Positions 12,787 to 26,800 of a stretch of DNA of 64,000 nucleotides are shown piece after piece. Both the position numbers and the translations under genes were made by a program. The DNA lies in the NCBI GenBank assembly GCA_003971905.1, contig RSEE01000019.1:682001-746000 (forward strand). Direction: 5' to 3'. The stretch comes from Moniliella sp. 'wahieum'. Taxonomy: Eukaryota. How positions within the stretch are numbered: position 1 is the stretch's first letter; the number at the start of each line of letters is the position of its first letter. The notes beneath the pieces are model-generated. The model saw only the letters and a list, made by a program, of their open reading frames with translations, was not told the origin of the DNA and did no database searches.

Positions 12787-15700
12787 ATGATGCGTCGAGC
12801 GCATTGGAGCGCCTCAGGAGCGTCGGCTGAGGCCGAGGCCGCGGCTGAGGCTGAGGCGCTTCCTTTGGCAGCAAGTCCGCTGGCCCGTGAGCCATCCACC
12901 TTCCCCTCTCGCCTCGCCCAAGACCAGCACAGACTGTCCCCGGCCGAGTGTGGCCCCGCCAGCGGCAGCATCCTCCCGTCTGCCCCCACCATCCCTCCTG
13001 CCTGCCGCCCATCGCGGTGGTCTGCAATGGGCCCCCCATCGAGTGCGATCGTCGCGTCGGTGCGCAGACGCGTGGCAGCCGCACGCGCCACGCCGCTGCG
13101 GGTGGGCGACAGCTGGTATGCCCTCCCCGCTGCCTGGCTCGCTGGCCTTGCGCGCGACACCCCTGGCCCCATCCGCACCACCAGCCTCGCTGCTCCCGCC
13201 GCCGCTCAGCCCCCGTCCCTCCACCCCGACCTGGTCCCCGGGACTGACTACGTCATGGTCCCGGTCTCCACTTGGAACGCCCTCGTGGTCGCGTACGTCT
13301 TGATCCTCCCCGTCCCTGTGCCACTGTACTCACCTCTGTGCCCCGGCCTGTTTTGTGGGCTGTGTTTTGTGTCTAGCTTCGGCCACGAAGGCCCCACCTT
13401 TGCCCGCACTGTCATCCCCGGCACAACCCCTGGCTCGGAGCGCATCGAACTCTGGCCTCCATCCATCCGTCTTGTCCGAATTGCCCTTCCCAGTGCCGTA
13501 CTCGACGGAGTGTCCGAAGCACGTCAGTCCATCTCTGCCGCCACACGGCTCGGTGCATTAAAGGCCCTGATGCGTACCTCGTTGAACCTGCCTCAGGTTC
13601 CCGATGCGGATGTGCGCTTTTGGCGTCTGCCCGACACGGCTGCCACCGCGGCCGCACCTTTGGACCCTGCTTCCTTGCCCCCTTACAGCCCGAGCTGCTC
13701 GACGAGCAGGGGTCGAGGTTACCTTGCTCCGACCCCACATTGGAAATGCTGCGGGTGGATGGACGCAACGTGACGCTGGCGGTGGATGTGCGCGTACGGG
13801 GTAAATGGACGTACGATCCCTCGTTCCAGCCGGCCGCAGTCAAGGCCAGCACGCCTCTGGCGAGGGGGAAGAACAGTCTGTCTGCTGCCACCCCGCAAGA
13901 CCATAAGGCAGGCCAACGGGAACCCAACGCGCACAAACCTACCGTGTCTGCAACGCCCCGGACCAACGGACCAGCCCAGACGAGCACCTCCAATGGATCT
14001 TCAGCCACACCTTCGGAGCCGGCCTTGGCGTCCGGTCCGCCTACCCCCCGTCCAAACACGCGCCCAATGGGCTGGTTGGATTGCAGAATTTGGGCAACAT
14101 TTGCTATATGAACAGTGCGTTGCAGTGTCTCTCCAACACACCCGAGGTACAGGACTACTTTGTTTCCAATGCCTTTCACACAGAGATCAACCGCGATAAC
14201 CCATTGGGTAACGGTGGTGCCCTGGCCGAGGCGTTCGGCGCGTTGCTCCAACGACTTTGGGCCCCCAACTCGGAGGAAGGCGAGGGCGCGAACGGGAGCA
14301 GCAACAGCAACGGCAACACGTGTGGAATGTTAAGTCGATACGGGGGGTTGAGAAGAGCAATCAGTCCCCAGGAGTTTAAGATTGCCGTCTCGCGCTTTGC
14401 CCGCAATTTGCAGGTTATGGCCAGCACGACACACAGGAGTTGTTGGCGTTTCTCCTGGATGGTCTGCATGAGGATCTGAATCGGATCCAGAGCAAGCCGT
14501 ACATGGAGGCACCGGATTGGCGCGGCGGCAGCGACCATGCGTTGGTCCAGTTTGCCCGCAAGCAATGGGACGCGTACAAGGCGCGCAACGACAGCATCAT
14601 TGTCGATCTCTTCCAGGGGCAGTACCAATCTACGCTGGTCTGTCCCGATTGCCACCACGTGGCCATCAAATTCGACCCGTTCATGTACCTGACCTTGCCC
14701 ATACCCGATCGGCGGCAGTGGACGGGAAGCATGTTTTACGTTCCGTACGACCCCACCCGCAAGCCCATCAAGCTCACCTTGTCCCTTGCGCACGCTTCGA
14801 CCATTGCCCAGCTGCGCGCCAAGGTAGGCACCACTGTTGGCGTCGACAAGGACCATTTGGTGGTGGGGGAGGTGTGGCAGCACAGTATCCGAAAGTGGTA
14901 CCTTGATGGGGAGGGCGTGGCCGGCATAGGATCCAGGGATGCAGTGTACGTGTGGGAGGTACCTGTGCCCGTGCGCTTGCCGCCCTGCGAAAAGAGTGCG
15001 TTCCGCTTTGTTCGCGCCGGTACCCAGCCGGCAACCGAGTACGAACGGCTGGCACCGCCTACCGCTCATCCCTCTGCCGGCGACTGGGCCATCCTGCCCG
15101 TGTTCACCATCCTGGCTCTCGCTGGCACTGACAATCCGCGCTTGGCACGCCGAGGAGGCAGAGCGAACACGTTGCCGATGGGCATCCCCTTTTTTGCTGC
15201 CATCCCCCCCGAGGAGAAAAACGACGCAGAGGCACTCCAACGCGTCGTCGAGTGGCAGTACACCGCTACGCCCAGGAACCCGACACGTTGCACACCCTCC
15301 TTCACCCGCGCGCCTCACCCACCGAGACGATGGCCATGGACTCCGTCGCGTTGGGTACGGTGCCCGATAGATCGCGGCCCGCCCCCTTGGGAGAAGAGAA
15401 GGTCCCCCCGCCGGTCCCCATGCACAAGGCAGAGGCCGGCCTGGAGCCTACTCCTCTTTCCTCTCCCGTGACAGAGAAACAGGTAGCGCCCTCCCTGGTT
15501 CCGGCGCCGGCACCTGCTCCTGCGTTCAAGATGTGCTATCTGGCCCGACGCTTTACTTCGCCTCTTCCCCAGTCGGGGCAGAATTACGATGAGAAGACTG
15601 AGCTGTTGGTGCAGCGCGCCGAGCGGAGGGCCAAGGGAACCCACTGGCTCTCCTTTGCAACCCGGGACGAGACAGGGCACCCAGAGCAGGTACCTTGGCC

Positions 15701-16550
15701 CTTGGTCTATACGTCCGGGGCGCTGCTCTGTGTCTGGACCCCCGCGGCTGCCAAAGCCGTCTTTGTCCCGGGCGAGGGCGAGCAGGACGTGTGGGGGGCG
15801 TATGAGGAGCCGGGGCCCGATCGCGCGCTGGCTTCTCACCCATCCACGATGGCATCCCCATCCAACCCCACGCTCAGCTTGCGCGACTGTCTCGACGAGT
15901 TTACCCGCGCCGAGCAGTTGTCCACCGACGATCTCTGGCACTGTCCCCACTGCCGCGCGCTGCGTGCGGCAAGCAAGAAGGTGGACCTGTGGACCGTGCC
16001 GGACATCTTGGTCGTCCACCTTAAACGCTTTTCTACCGGTCGCCACGCGCGGGACAAGCGGGACGAGGCAGTGACCTTTCCCCTCACAGGACTCGACTTG
16101 AGCGAGTACGTGCAGGGCCGCAAGTTGACGGACAAACTGGCCACTGAGCACGGCACCGCCGGCTCCCCTTGTCCGCCTGCCCCTGCTTCCCCGCCTTACT
16201 CTGACGGCGCGGACGAGCCGGTCGCGGTCGGGTCAGAGGACCCGATTTACGACCTCTACGCGGTCGACAACCACTTTGGCAGCCTCGGCGGCGGCCACTA
16301 CACGGCCGCCATCAAGAATAGGCACGATGGCCAGTGGTACTACTACGACGACGCCTCCGTCCGCCGTATCCGGCCCGACCAAGCCCAAACCCGCGCTGCC
16401 TACCTGCTGTTTTACCGTCGCCGTACCGCTCGCGCAGGCCGCCCGGCCCACTGCGCGCAGCAGGACCACATGCCGTCGCGTGCCGTTGTTCCTTCACCCC
16501 CGCTCCCTACCCCGCCGCCGGCCCCCATCGCTGCCCCGCACGGCGGCTGA
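12787..16550 (+). CDS. UBP12: Ubiquitin-specific protease, Ubp12/USP4/USP15-like (DUSP-like N-terminus)
   Basis: N-terminal GDSWYALPAAW...PGPI...DYVMVP..W; Cys box QNLGNICYMNSALQCLSNT; LAFLLDGLHEDLNRI; SIIVDLFQGQYQSTLVCPDC; W-H-CPHC; LVVHLKRF; His box YDLYAVDNHFGSLGGGHYTA. Confidence 0.92.
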
Positions 16551-17671
16551 TCCCACGAGCCACACGGCGCCCGGGCAAGCACCCGTCCCGCCCTGCTCTG
16601 CACACATCGCCCTTCTCGCTGGGATGACGCACGGAACCCCACGAGGACAAGGACCAGCCTCCGTGCTCGGCCTGAGCGCCATCGCGATCGGGAGCAAGCA
16701 CCCGTCCCCCGGCCCCGGGCCTCGGGGCCCCATTCACCCTGCCTGGCCCGCGTGCCTGCCACACGTGACACGGGCTCGGAAGCAGACAAAGTCCCCCCCC
16801 ACCGTGGCCGGCGCGGAAGGTCACCCATGTACCTACCGGTCAGGACGGGGGGGGGGGACCGCAGTCCGCTCAGCCGCCCGTCGCACCGTCCCAGTTCGAC
16901 CGGGTTCAGTAAGGTTCCCCATCGGCGGGGAGGGACATGTAGCTAAGTGGTGCAACGTGGGTGGGAAGGAGACGGTGCCGACGCGCTCTGGACGCGGGAC
17001 GAGGGACGAGGGCGGTGCCTCGGCCGTAGGCGTAAGGGCTGAGGCGGCTGTGCCGGTGCGGAAGTAGATGCTTCCACGCGTCCGTGCACTGCTGCCTGCT
17101 TTTTTGGCTTGTGGTGGGCGTGGCATCGCCGCCCAGGCAGAGGGTGCGGTGGGCAGAGGCGATGCGTGCGCTGGGGCGGTGGGTCAACGTTTGAGTTGAG
17201 TGTTGAGGTCAACATTGAGCGTTCCTGGCTGGCCAAGGAGGGGGTCCAATGCGATGCAGAGCACGATGGATATTGGATGGCCACAGTGCGTGTGGGCAAG
17301 CTATGCATCTTACAGCACGCACAGGCGTAGTAGCATCCCCCCCGGCGGTGGCGCTGCCGCTCCCGTCGGCCACGGACGAGCGGCCAAGCGAGCCGGGCTG
17401 CGCTCGATGCACTTGGGCAGACGGTGCAGCGTGCAATACGCCCACGGGGGTTATGCCTATGGGACACACCAGCAAACCTAGTACTCTGTCTAGGCGCCTC
17501 CACCCCTTGTCCTCTCCTCGCAGCTGCGCCAACCGACACCTTAGGTCTCAGGCACCTCCCTTATCTTGCTTGCCAACCATACATACCCCATTGTGACTGT
17601 TTTGTTTTGTTTCTTCTTCATCTTGGCACAGGCACATGGGACACCCCTTTATAGCGTCGCCGTTGAACTTC

Positions 17672-17733
17672 AGCCTGCATCCTGCTTCCTGCTTCCTGCA
17701 TCCTGCATCCTGCTTCCTGCATCCTGCTTCCTG
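17672..17733. repeat. 7-bp tandem repeat (CCTGCWT)n
   Basis: cctgcatcctgcttcctgcttcctgcatcctgcatcctgcttcctgcat... read directly, just downstream of the PTC7-like stop. Confidence 0.9.
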
Positions 17734-17812
17734 CCTCTGTCGGGGTCTGTATTAATCAATGGCATTGCGGATAGTTGGTGCTCAGAAGAGCGAGCCAGGA
17801 CAGGCGTTTGGC

Positions 17813-19215
17813 TCAAGACTGCTCAGGGTCGACGACCACAGCCGTCACCACCGAGCAGTCATCGATCTTGCCGCCTGGATAGTGGATCCCATTCCGCGCT
17901 GCCTCCACCATAAACGGAGTGGCCTTGTTGGGGGAGCCCATGCAGATGACTGCAAAGTGAACAAAGGTACGCGCCAAGAGCGTAGCAATCAAGTGCTGTT
18001 TCTCCAGCGCGGGCTTGCCCTGGAACGCGGCGGGTGTCGGTGGCAAGGGTTCCCCCCTCTGCTCGGAAATCTTCTCGGGCTGCTCGCGCACCAAGCGCGC
18101 AATTTCCACCAACTCGGCAATGTGCACATTGTCCCACAGGCCATCCGTCGCGGCAACGATAATGTCTCCGGCCTTGAGTTCAATTTCGTTGACCGCCGCA
18201 TCGCTCGGCTTGTTCTGCAGCGCATCGGGCGCCTTGCCGGTCAACTTGGACAGTTGGTACGGCGCATTGAACGAGTACTGCAGCGGCGGTGCGACGTACA
18301 GCACATTGTCGGGAATTTGGCCCTTTTGGTCCCGCGCGCCTTGCCACGACTTTGCTCGCCTTGCTCGCCCGCGCCGTCGCGCAGAATCAGGTAGCCACTG
18401 TCGCCCAGGTTGGCGCTGCGCAACACGCCCTTGGCCGCATCCAGCGTGATCACACACGCCGTCGAGCTGCCGAGCGACACGGCGGGTTCAGCGAGCACGG
18501 CTTGGTACGCATCGGCCAACAGCTGCTTGGGCGAGCGGGAGGAGGCAGTGGCCTGGGCAGCCTGCTTGGTGAGGTAGTACATGAGCGCCTGGGAAAACAG
18601 TGCCGGGTCCACACCTTCCTCGGTCCATCCGCCCACGCCGTCGGCCACGGCGAGACACAAGTCGTGCGCGGGCGCGTGCATGGGCGTGATGCAAATCGCA
18701 TCTTCCCCCGCATCCTCCTCGGGGCCCAACAACTTTTCCTTCCACTGCCCAATGCGCGTCTCGGGCCCAAAGCCAATCTTGGGCCGCTCCACTTCGCGCG
18801 GCACGACCGGCTCGCCCTGCTGCCCTTTGCGCTCCGCCTCGGCCGCCGCTTCAATCTCCTCGTACGGCGGCTTGCGGAACACGGCATGCGCCGTGGCGAA
18901 CGCCAACGCGCCCGCCCCCGCCCCTGCACCTGTACCTGCACCTGCACCGCCGGGCACCTCGGACCGCACCGCAGCCGAGGTGGAGAGACGACGCGACGCG
19001 TACGCAGGCACACTCATCCCGGCCACCGCGCCCACACCGACCCCCATGCCTACGCCCAAGGAAAACAAGCGCGACGAACGGGCGTGGGCGCGCGCCGACG
19101 CGCGCCAACTAGCGCCGCGCACCGCCGTTGACGAGCCGGCCCAGGCGCAGGCGGCCGGCCCACGCGGAAGCGGAAGAAGAGGCGCGTGCAGAGCAAGCGA
19201 ACGCGGGCGGAGCAT
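17813..19215 (-). CDS. PTC7: PP2C protein phosphatase, Ptc7/PPTC7-like, with probable mitochondrial presequence
   Basis: GEDA, LAVADGVGGW, VDPALFSQALM, GSSTAC, ANLGDSGYLILR, LQYSFNAPYQL, ATDGLWDN, GGKIDDCSVV; the N-terminus is Arg/Ala-rich. Confidence 0.92.
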
Positions 19216-19849
19216 GGCGCCAGGCAACGGTGGGTAATGGTTGGCCACCAAGCCGCCCGGCCACCGCCCAGCGCCCAGCCTCCCTCGGCCGCTGTCTTGG
19301 TCCCGCGCCGGCGGCCCGCGTCGGCGTGCGAAGCGCACGGGACACCGCGGAATACGACGCCTCAGCGGGTGCAGCGCTCTTGATGGGTGACCCCCACCGG
19401 TCACACGCCCGCTCGAAGAAGATTTGCTAAGCGCTGCGCCCCAGCAAGGAACAAAAATAGCCACATCCCCCGCCGCTTGCGTAAGCCGCCTGGCGTTGGC
19501 GCGGCCGCGTCGGTCGTGTCTGTCGGGGATGGTCGATGGAGGCGAGGCGCTCAGGGCGGACGCTTGCGACGCTCCTCCAACCACCAACCACCTGCCCCGT
19601 AGCGCTCAGCAAAGCAGCCGCCTTGACGATCCTCTTCCCTTGGCCTGTTGCGCGTTGCTCCTTGGTACCTGTTGTTTGTTACTTGTTGCTTGTGGCTCGC
19701 TCCTGGCTCTTGGCTCTTCGTCTGAACAACTTTGCTCTTGGCCCCCATGTCGCTCGTGCCTGCTGCTGCGCGCACCATGGGCCCCGCGCCCGGCACCCCT
19801 CTCCCTGCCCCCGCTCTCCTCTGTACCCATCAAATCCTTGCCCCCCGAC

Positions 19850-21468
19850 ATGGCCCATCTCGCCTCCACCTCCCCCTCCACCTCCACCTCCGCCGTTGCA
19901 CCAGCCGCCACGCAGCCGCTGCCTACGCCCTCGTGGACCGCCACCGCGAACAACGCCCTCCTCGATGCTCCCGCTGATGCCCCCGCTGATGCTCCCGCCG
20001 ATGTTCCCGCCGAGTTCGAGTCGGGCGCGCAGGGCACGTTGGACCCGGCGTACGAATACGAAGATGAGCCGACCGACCATGACGGGCACAGTTTGCTGCA
20101 CGAGGAGGTGGCGGAGGTGAATCAGGACGAGGGAGAAGAACCTGCCAGAACACCACCACGAAGAAGAAGAAAGAGGAGGAGGAAGAGGAGGAGGAAGCGG
20201 AAGAAGAAGAGGAAGAAGAAATGCAAGAGGAGGTGGAAGAGGCGGCGGAGGCGCACGACGAGGGCGAAGAGGAAGACGAAGATGCGAGCCTTCCTTTTCT
20301 GGAGCTGAGCTTTGGCCAAGCGAAGCTTGCGTGGGGCTGCACTCGCATGCGCCCGACTTTGTCCCGGACGACGAGGGCGAGGATACGGTTCCGGTGCGGA
20401 GGGTGAACGAGGGCCACTTGTTGGAGCAACCGTTGGATGCGCTGTTTCAGCTGGTGCGCACGCCCGAGTACTTGGGCGAGGTTTTGCAGGACGACACGGA
20501 ACTCGTTATGGACTTTCCTGAGCTGGACTTGCAGCTGACCGAGGTACGTACTTCCACTTCCACTTACGCTTCCCTCCCCCTCCCCCCCCGTGGTTCGTGC
20601 CAGAGCATACGCTGACCTCGCCTCGGCCGGCCTGGGTAGGACAATGTTTGCCAGGGAGGTAACGTTGAAGGACATGCAGACCTTCCAACTCGCTCTGTCT
20701 ATGCGCGGCGCTCTGCAAATCGTCCTCTCCGAGACGACCGGTTCATCAACCGCTTCAATCGCCTCTCTGCCCAGGTCAGCGGTACCTTGGACGAGCCCCA
20801 CGGGGCGGATGGGGAGGCTGCGGCCGAGCAAGTCGACGTCGAGGACGACGACGGTGATGAGCACGAAGATGATGTGGCGGTGGGGGAGACTGCTGATGGA
20901 AGAAGGGGAGGGGGAGGGGGAGGGGGAGGGGGAGGGGGAGGGGGAGGGGGAGGGGAGGGGGAGTTACGTCTGGGTGAGGCACAAGACGTAGCCGCCGAGG
21001 AAGAGATGGTCCCCAGTGACGAGCAAGAGCCTGACCATCCCGGTGCCGCCGGTGGGGACGCGGCGAGGCCCGAAGGACTGGGGATGGCAGGGGACGAAGG
21101 TGCGGAAAAAGGCGAGGAGGAAGCGCTGGAGGCGGTTTCGCTAATGAACCAGCAAGAACAAGATGAACAAGCGGCGAACGAACAGGCGTTCCGACAAGAT
21201 TACCTTGGCTTTGATCCCGACCACCATACCCGTCTCGCCTTGCCTGAACCCATCAACCGCCAACAGAAACGTGCTGCTTGCTCCGCCCTGGAAGGCGAGC
21301 CGGTCGACAACCCGGCCAATGCACCCAGTACGTCGCTTTGCTTTGCCTTTCGTGGGGGCTCTCTGCTTGCCAGCGCGTTTCGCATGTCGCGTTTCGCGTT
21401 TCGCTTTTCGCATTACTGACCTCGTGTGGATCTTGCCAGCCTCGCCGAAACGAGCGAGACAAGCATAG
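19850..21468 (+). CDS. Acidic low-complexity protein with a DUF2420 (yeast Rmr1)-like domain; introns 20544-20639 and ~21328-21439
   Basis: LLEQPLDALFQLVR..YLGE...ELVMDFPELDLQLTE|DNV.AREVTLKDM resembles DUF2420 (from memory). It is flanked by poly-E tracts and ends in an NLS-like SPKRARQA. Confidence 0.6.
20906..20962 (+). repeat. (GAGGGG)n hexamer repeat inside the CDS (Glu-Gly run)
   Basis: Read directly from the sequence. Confidence 0.9.
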
Positions 21469-21776
21469 CTGCCCTACCCTGGCTCTCGCTGCACACGCGC
21501 CCACTTCTGCGCCACACCCTGCTACGGCGCGTTCCACCCTAGCTGCAAAAAAATCCGACCCCCACGCGCGGCACAAACAATGGGTAGGCTCTCCTCGCGG
21601 TACACTGACTTTCTGATTATTATGTTTTTTTTTCTTGCTTTTGGCTGCAGAACTGGGTCGGCTGGCCCGAGAACTGGGACCAAGACTGCTCGACTCGTTC
21701 CGATCCAATCCAATTCAGTTCAATTTCATTCGATTCGATTCGACCCGGTTCCTACCCTTCTCCCTGGCTCTCACCT

Positions 21777-21817
21777 GAGCCCAGAGCCCAGAGCCCAGAG
21801 CCCAGAGCCCAGAGCCC
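21777..21817. repeat. (GAGCCCA)n heptamer repeat
   Basis: gagcccagagcccagagcccagagcccagagcccagagccca. Confidence 0.9.
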
Positions 21818-22039
21818 ACCGCCCAGCCTGAACGCTCACCAGCTACGACGACCCTCGCATGTCACATGTCACACCTCACGCATCCAACGAGTGCCGTGGG
21901 CGGCCGGCGGGGCGAGCCGGCGCTGGGGCGCGTTGCGCCCTGCAAGTCATGCGAAATGCACGTCGGTCGCTTTACCTATCCACTGGGGCTGGGCGGCCGC
22001 CACGTTTGGTCCCGCAGCGTAGGGCTGACTGTCAGCCTT

Positions 22040-22079
22040 GAGCTGGGAGCTGGGAGCTGGGAGCTGGGAGCTGGGAGCT
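22040..22079. repeat. (GAGCTGG)n heptamer repeat
   Basis: gagctgggagctgggagctgggagctgggagctgggagct. Confidence 0.9.
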
Positions 22080-23841
22080 TGAGGTTTGAAATGCCAGAAC
22101 ATATAGAGTGAGGCATGGCTGCTCTTTCTTTGATGGAGAGTGGACCGATTCGGATGGTTGCCATTCGGTTGACCACGGAGCGGGATGTGCGTGCGTACAC
22201 GACCGGACGGAGTGCATCGGTACAGCAGCATGCATCGCCTCGTATCGCCCTTGCCCTACGTGTCTCCCTCTTACGTCTCTCTTGCTTCTCGCTTCTCGCT
22301 TCTGGCCTTGACGCTTGCCTGGTATGTTGGCGCTGTGCAGCTCCCTGCTACTGGCTCCATTGCATTTCCTTGTTCTGCATTCGACTAGTGGGTGCGGATT
22401 GGAGGGACAACAGACGCGAGGGATGGATATGGGAGGGGCAGGTGCGAATATGAAGACTGAGCAGCACGGGAGAGGCGAAAGGATGCAATATCCAGGAGAG
22501 GGCGGTGCAACTTGAGTTATGGTACGCTGGTGTACGCTGGTGTGCGTTAGTGTAATGGTATCCCGTGGCTGGTGTGCCATTCTAGCTTCTCTAGCTGGGA
22601 ACGAATGGTTCCGTGAAGCGAAGCGAAGCGTTCGCCTCGTCCAGCGTCCAGATTGTCGACTGAAGACTGAGATGGAAGATTGAGTCTTGAATGAAGCGGC
22701 TAGACTACAAAATTAAGCACTGCAGACGGACGTACGTAGGCCGCCACAAGGCAACCTCCGACGCGATTCCGACCCGGGCCCGATCGCCACGCAGGCCGCC
22801 GCCAGGGCCTGCCAGGGTCCTGCGCCAGCCGGCCTCGCGCGCCCTCGCCCGCACCACGCCGCTCTCCCAATCTCAGCTCTCGCCTCTGCATCGAGCATCC
22901 CGCATCGCACCCGTCACGCGTCACGAGTCGCTGCTTGGCCACCCGCTCGCACCGGCACAGTATCAGCCCTCGCCAGTCATCGATCATCACGCATCCTGGG
23001 TCGCATAGCGCTGCGTGGGCAGGCACGTGGCGCTGACGCATGCCACTCGGGCGCTCATTTAATTCGGCGCGCAGCACCCCCCCCCAGATGCCCATGGGGA
23101 TCTCGCAGTGCTGGCTACATAGCTCCCGCTGGCGTCAGCTTTCCCGTTCCAGGTTACGGGTACCGGCCTGCCTCTCGGCGACGCAATCGATGCCGGAGGT
23201 GTCTGACAAGATCCCCCCAGACGGCAAGTCGCTGCGGGCTGCTGCCTCCCGCCTGCATGTGCATCACGTGAGCGTGGGTGGCAGGGGGCGATTGAATGGT
23301 GACCGGTGGATGTAGCGTGGTGCGGCGTGGAGCGGGAGCGCGTGAGCACTGAGCATGCAGCAGGCCGCCCTGTTTCGCTGGCCGATGGCGGGGGACGCCG
23401 CGTCTGAGACCCCTTCGCGTCCCCGGGGATCTGGGCCAGAGCTGGGGCGCACACGACACTGCGCGGGTGCCGCCTGCGTCCTGGCGGGCACTGGCGCGGC
23501 AGTGTCCCAGGCGCTGGGACGCATGCACATGGTGCATGATGTGTGAGGGACTGGCGCCGTGGCGGCGGTGGCGACGCAGGCGGGTGAGCGCTGAGCGGCG
23601 GGTGGCGGACCACACAGGCGCCGTGCGAGCGCGGACGATTGGCGTCGAAGGTGGAAGCAGGCAGGACGAGCAGCTGGCTGGTGCTTGGCAGCGGCTGGCA
23701 GCAGCTGTGCCACTAGCAGCGACATTTCCATCTCCACCTCCCCCTCCTCTCCTCCGTCGCCCTCTCCTGCGCGCCCCTACACGCCACCCCCACCGCCACC
23801 CTTTGCCTCCATCTCGCCCCCCCCCCCCCCTGCGCAACAGC

Positions 23842-26800
23842 ATGCCCAGCGCTGCCTCGCCTGCTGTGCTGTCTAACTCGCACCGGCTCCCGCCGCTCCA
23901 CCCCCCCCCACACCATGGTCACGTCTCCCTCCAGCAGCGCTGCCACATGGTTGTCCGACTTGGACAGCGCCAGCGCCTCCGACCGCGACCACATCTCCCG
24001 CCGTCCTGCCTCCGCTGTCCGCCCCGACGCCACGGCCACCTGGGACAAGGGCCGCTACACCTACGGCGAGTCCTTTGCCGCCAAGCCCCCCCTCTTCCGC
24101 CATCCATGTCCCCCTCCCCACCTGCCCCACCAGCCCCGCCGCCCCCGACGCTCGGCTGGAGCACCGCCTCTCCCGCCCCCGCCCCTCCGCCTGCCCGCGC
24201 GCCCGCTCCCGCTCCCACTTCCGCTCCCGCCCTGCTCCCGCCCGCGCCCCCGCCCCCAAAGCGGCCCCCCACCATTCGCATCCAGCCAACTTTGATGGCC
24301 GCGAATCCGACTCCCCGGGACGCTCGGTTCTGATCGTCGTCCTTCGCTATGACCTTCGCATCCATGACAATGCCCTCTTCTACTAGTACGTCTCCCCCGC
24401 CTTCCTTTTTTGTTCGCCGTACGATGACCAATTGACCCCCCCGGCCCTGCAGTGCCCACCAAACTTCTGCCCCCCCCATGCCTGCCTGGATGAGTTCGCT
24501 CGTCCCCCCCCCCACCCTGCCCTCTCCCCGAAGACGGCACCGCGCCCGATGTGCCCGATGCGTACGAGGTGGATGCGGCCCGTGAACGTTTCCTCTGCTC
24601 CCAAGCCCAGTACCTCTTACCCCTCTACGTTTTCGATGAGCGGGAGATGGAGCTGAGTGGGCTTCCGGGCTACCAACGCGACGGCCCGCCGGCCAAGACG
24701 CCCTTGTGTGGGTTTTGGAAAACGGGCCGGTTCCGGGCGCGGTTTATTGCGGAAACGGTGTACGACTTGCGCAGCCGGTTGGCCGATCGTGGCAGCGACC
24801 TTCTCATCCGCTTTGGCAAGACAGAGGAGATTGTCTCCTCGCTCGTGTCCTCGCTGCAAGCCAACGGCGATATTGTGGAAAGCGTGTGGACCCAAATGGA
24901 GTATGCGCAGCCCGACGTGGATTGGAACGCGGCGATCGAGAAACGAATGGCGGACAGGGGGGTACGGTTCGAGTATGTGTATGGCAAGACGCTCATCCAC
25001 CCTGCCGAGCTCCCTTTCCCCATTTCGGAAATGCCCGACGTGTTTACCCCCTTTCGCAAAAAGGTCGAGGCCCTGGGCCCGCACATGGTCCGTCCCACCC
25101 TCGAAGCCCCCAATCGGTTCAAACCCTTTTTGCCCTCGCTCCCGACTTTGACGGGTACGCACTGGACATTACCTATGAAGTCGACGTGGATGGGCTGGAA
25201 GTCAACGCAGCCCGCGAGTCGCAAGAACAGGACGACTCGCAAACCTCGTTCCACGACGTGCTACGGTACCTCCTCTCGCCCCTCGTCGGAAAACTGCCGT
25301 CTTCGTTCAAGGACCGTTCGGCGCTCCAAGCGCGTCATGCTGCGTCTGCCTTTCCGTTCCGTGGTGGCGAGAGCTCCGCGCTGGAGCGGCTCGAGTGGTA
25401 CTTTATCCGTGGCAAACGCGCCGACACGGGGCGATGGGATCGAAACGACCCGCCGCCCGTGGCGCAGTACAAGCAAACACGCAACAACCTCATCGGCCAC
25501 GCGTACAGTAGCAAAATGTCGCCTTTTCTTGCGTTTGGCAGTGTCAGTCCTCGGTTGATCTGGGAAGCGCTGGATTACCACGAAAAAAGTTTGGCGAGGA
25601 CCAAAACACGTATTGGGTCCGGTTCGAGCTGCTCTGGCGCGATTATTTCTGCTGGTGGCCAGCAAGCAAAAGTACGGTTCGTTGCTGTACGAACTGGGCG
25701 GTTCCAGACCTTGACCGATCCCGCCCGCGCCGCCGAAAAGCTCCAGCCGGGCTGGTGGCGCGGTTGGGACCCCGAGACGGACGGACAGCGAATGAGATTA
25801 CGCGCTTGCTCGAGGGCCGAACGGGCATCCCGTTTATTGATGCCAACATGATTGAGGTACGTGCGACCGGGTTCATGTCCAATCGCGGCCGGCAAAATGT
25901 GGCAAGCTTCTTGAGTAAGGATTTGGGCGCGGACTGGCGCATCGGCGCCGAGTTTTTCCAGTCGTACCTCATCGACCACGATCCGACTTCCAACTATGGT
26001 AATTGGTACGTTGCTCGATTCCCGTCCGCTTCCCCCCTGCCTCTGCTCAGCCACTTACCTCTTTTTTCTTTTCTCTCTCTTTCTCTCTCTCTTTTAGGCA
26101 ATACGTTGCGGTGTGGGCAACGACCCGCGTGCGTCGCGCCAGTTCAACACGATCAAGCAGGCGCGCGACTTTGATTCGTTTGGTGAGTATGTCAAAACCT
26201 GGCTGCCGGCGCTGCGCAATGCGCATCCGGACTGGGTGCATACCCGTGGCTTCTCAGCCCGGAAGAGCGGCGTGCGTATGGTCTGAAAACAACCAAGATG
26301 GAAGTGACCATGCTGGGCTACCCTGAGCGACCGATGATCGAGCTCGAAAGCTGGGGCAACATTACGAACGCAAGAGCGGCGTCGGGTCCAAGATGCGGGG
26401 CAACCCACAAGAAAAGATCAAGGACGAAAAAATCCTTTCGCTCAAAGCCAATGCGCGCGGCGCCGTCGCGCCGCACAGCAAGAACAGAACCAGTCCGTGA
26501 CCAGCTTCAATGGGCACATGCACATGCAGCTCCCGCGGCCTAGCCGGCAGGGCCGCTCGTCCCATGCCCACCAGTACGCCGGCCAAGGCCCGGGACTCGG
26601 CTTTGACCGCGCCCAATCGGCCATCATGCAGTCCCGCTCTCAAATCGCTGGCAAACAGCATGGGTTTGGTTTGGCCCTGCCCCAGTCGCCGTCCCAACCC
26701 AGTCGCAGTCGCACTCGCACCGGGCACGTCGCCCGTGGTACAACGCCCCCTGGCTCGCAACAGCTTGCCGCCCCCTACGACGGCCGCGTTGGCTGCCGCG

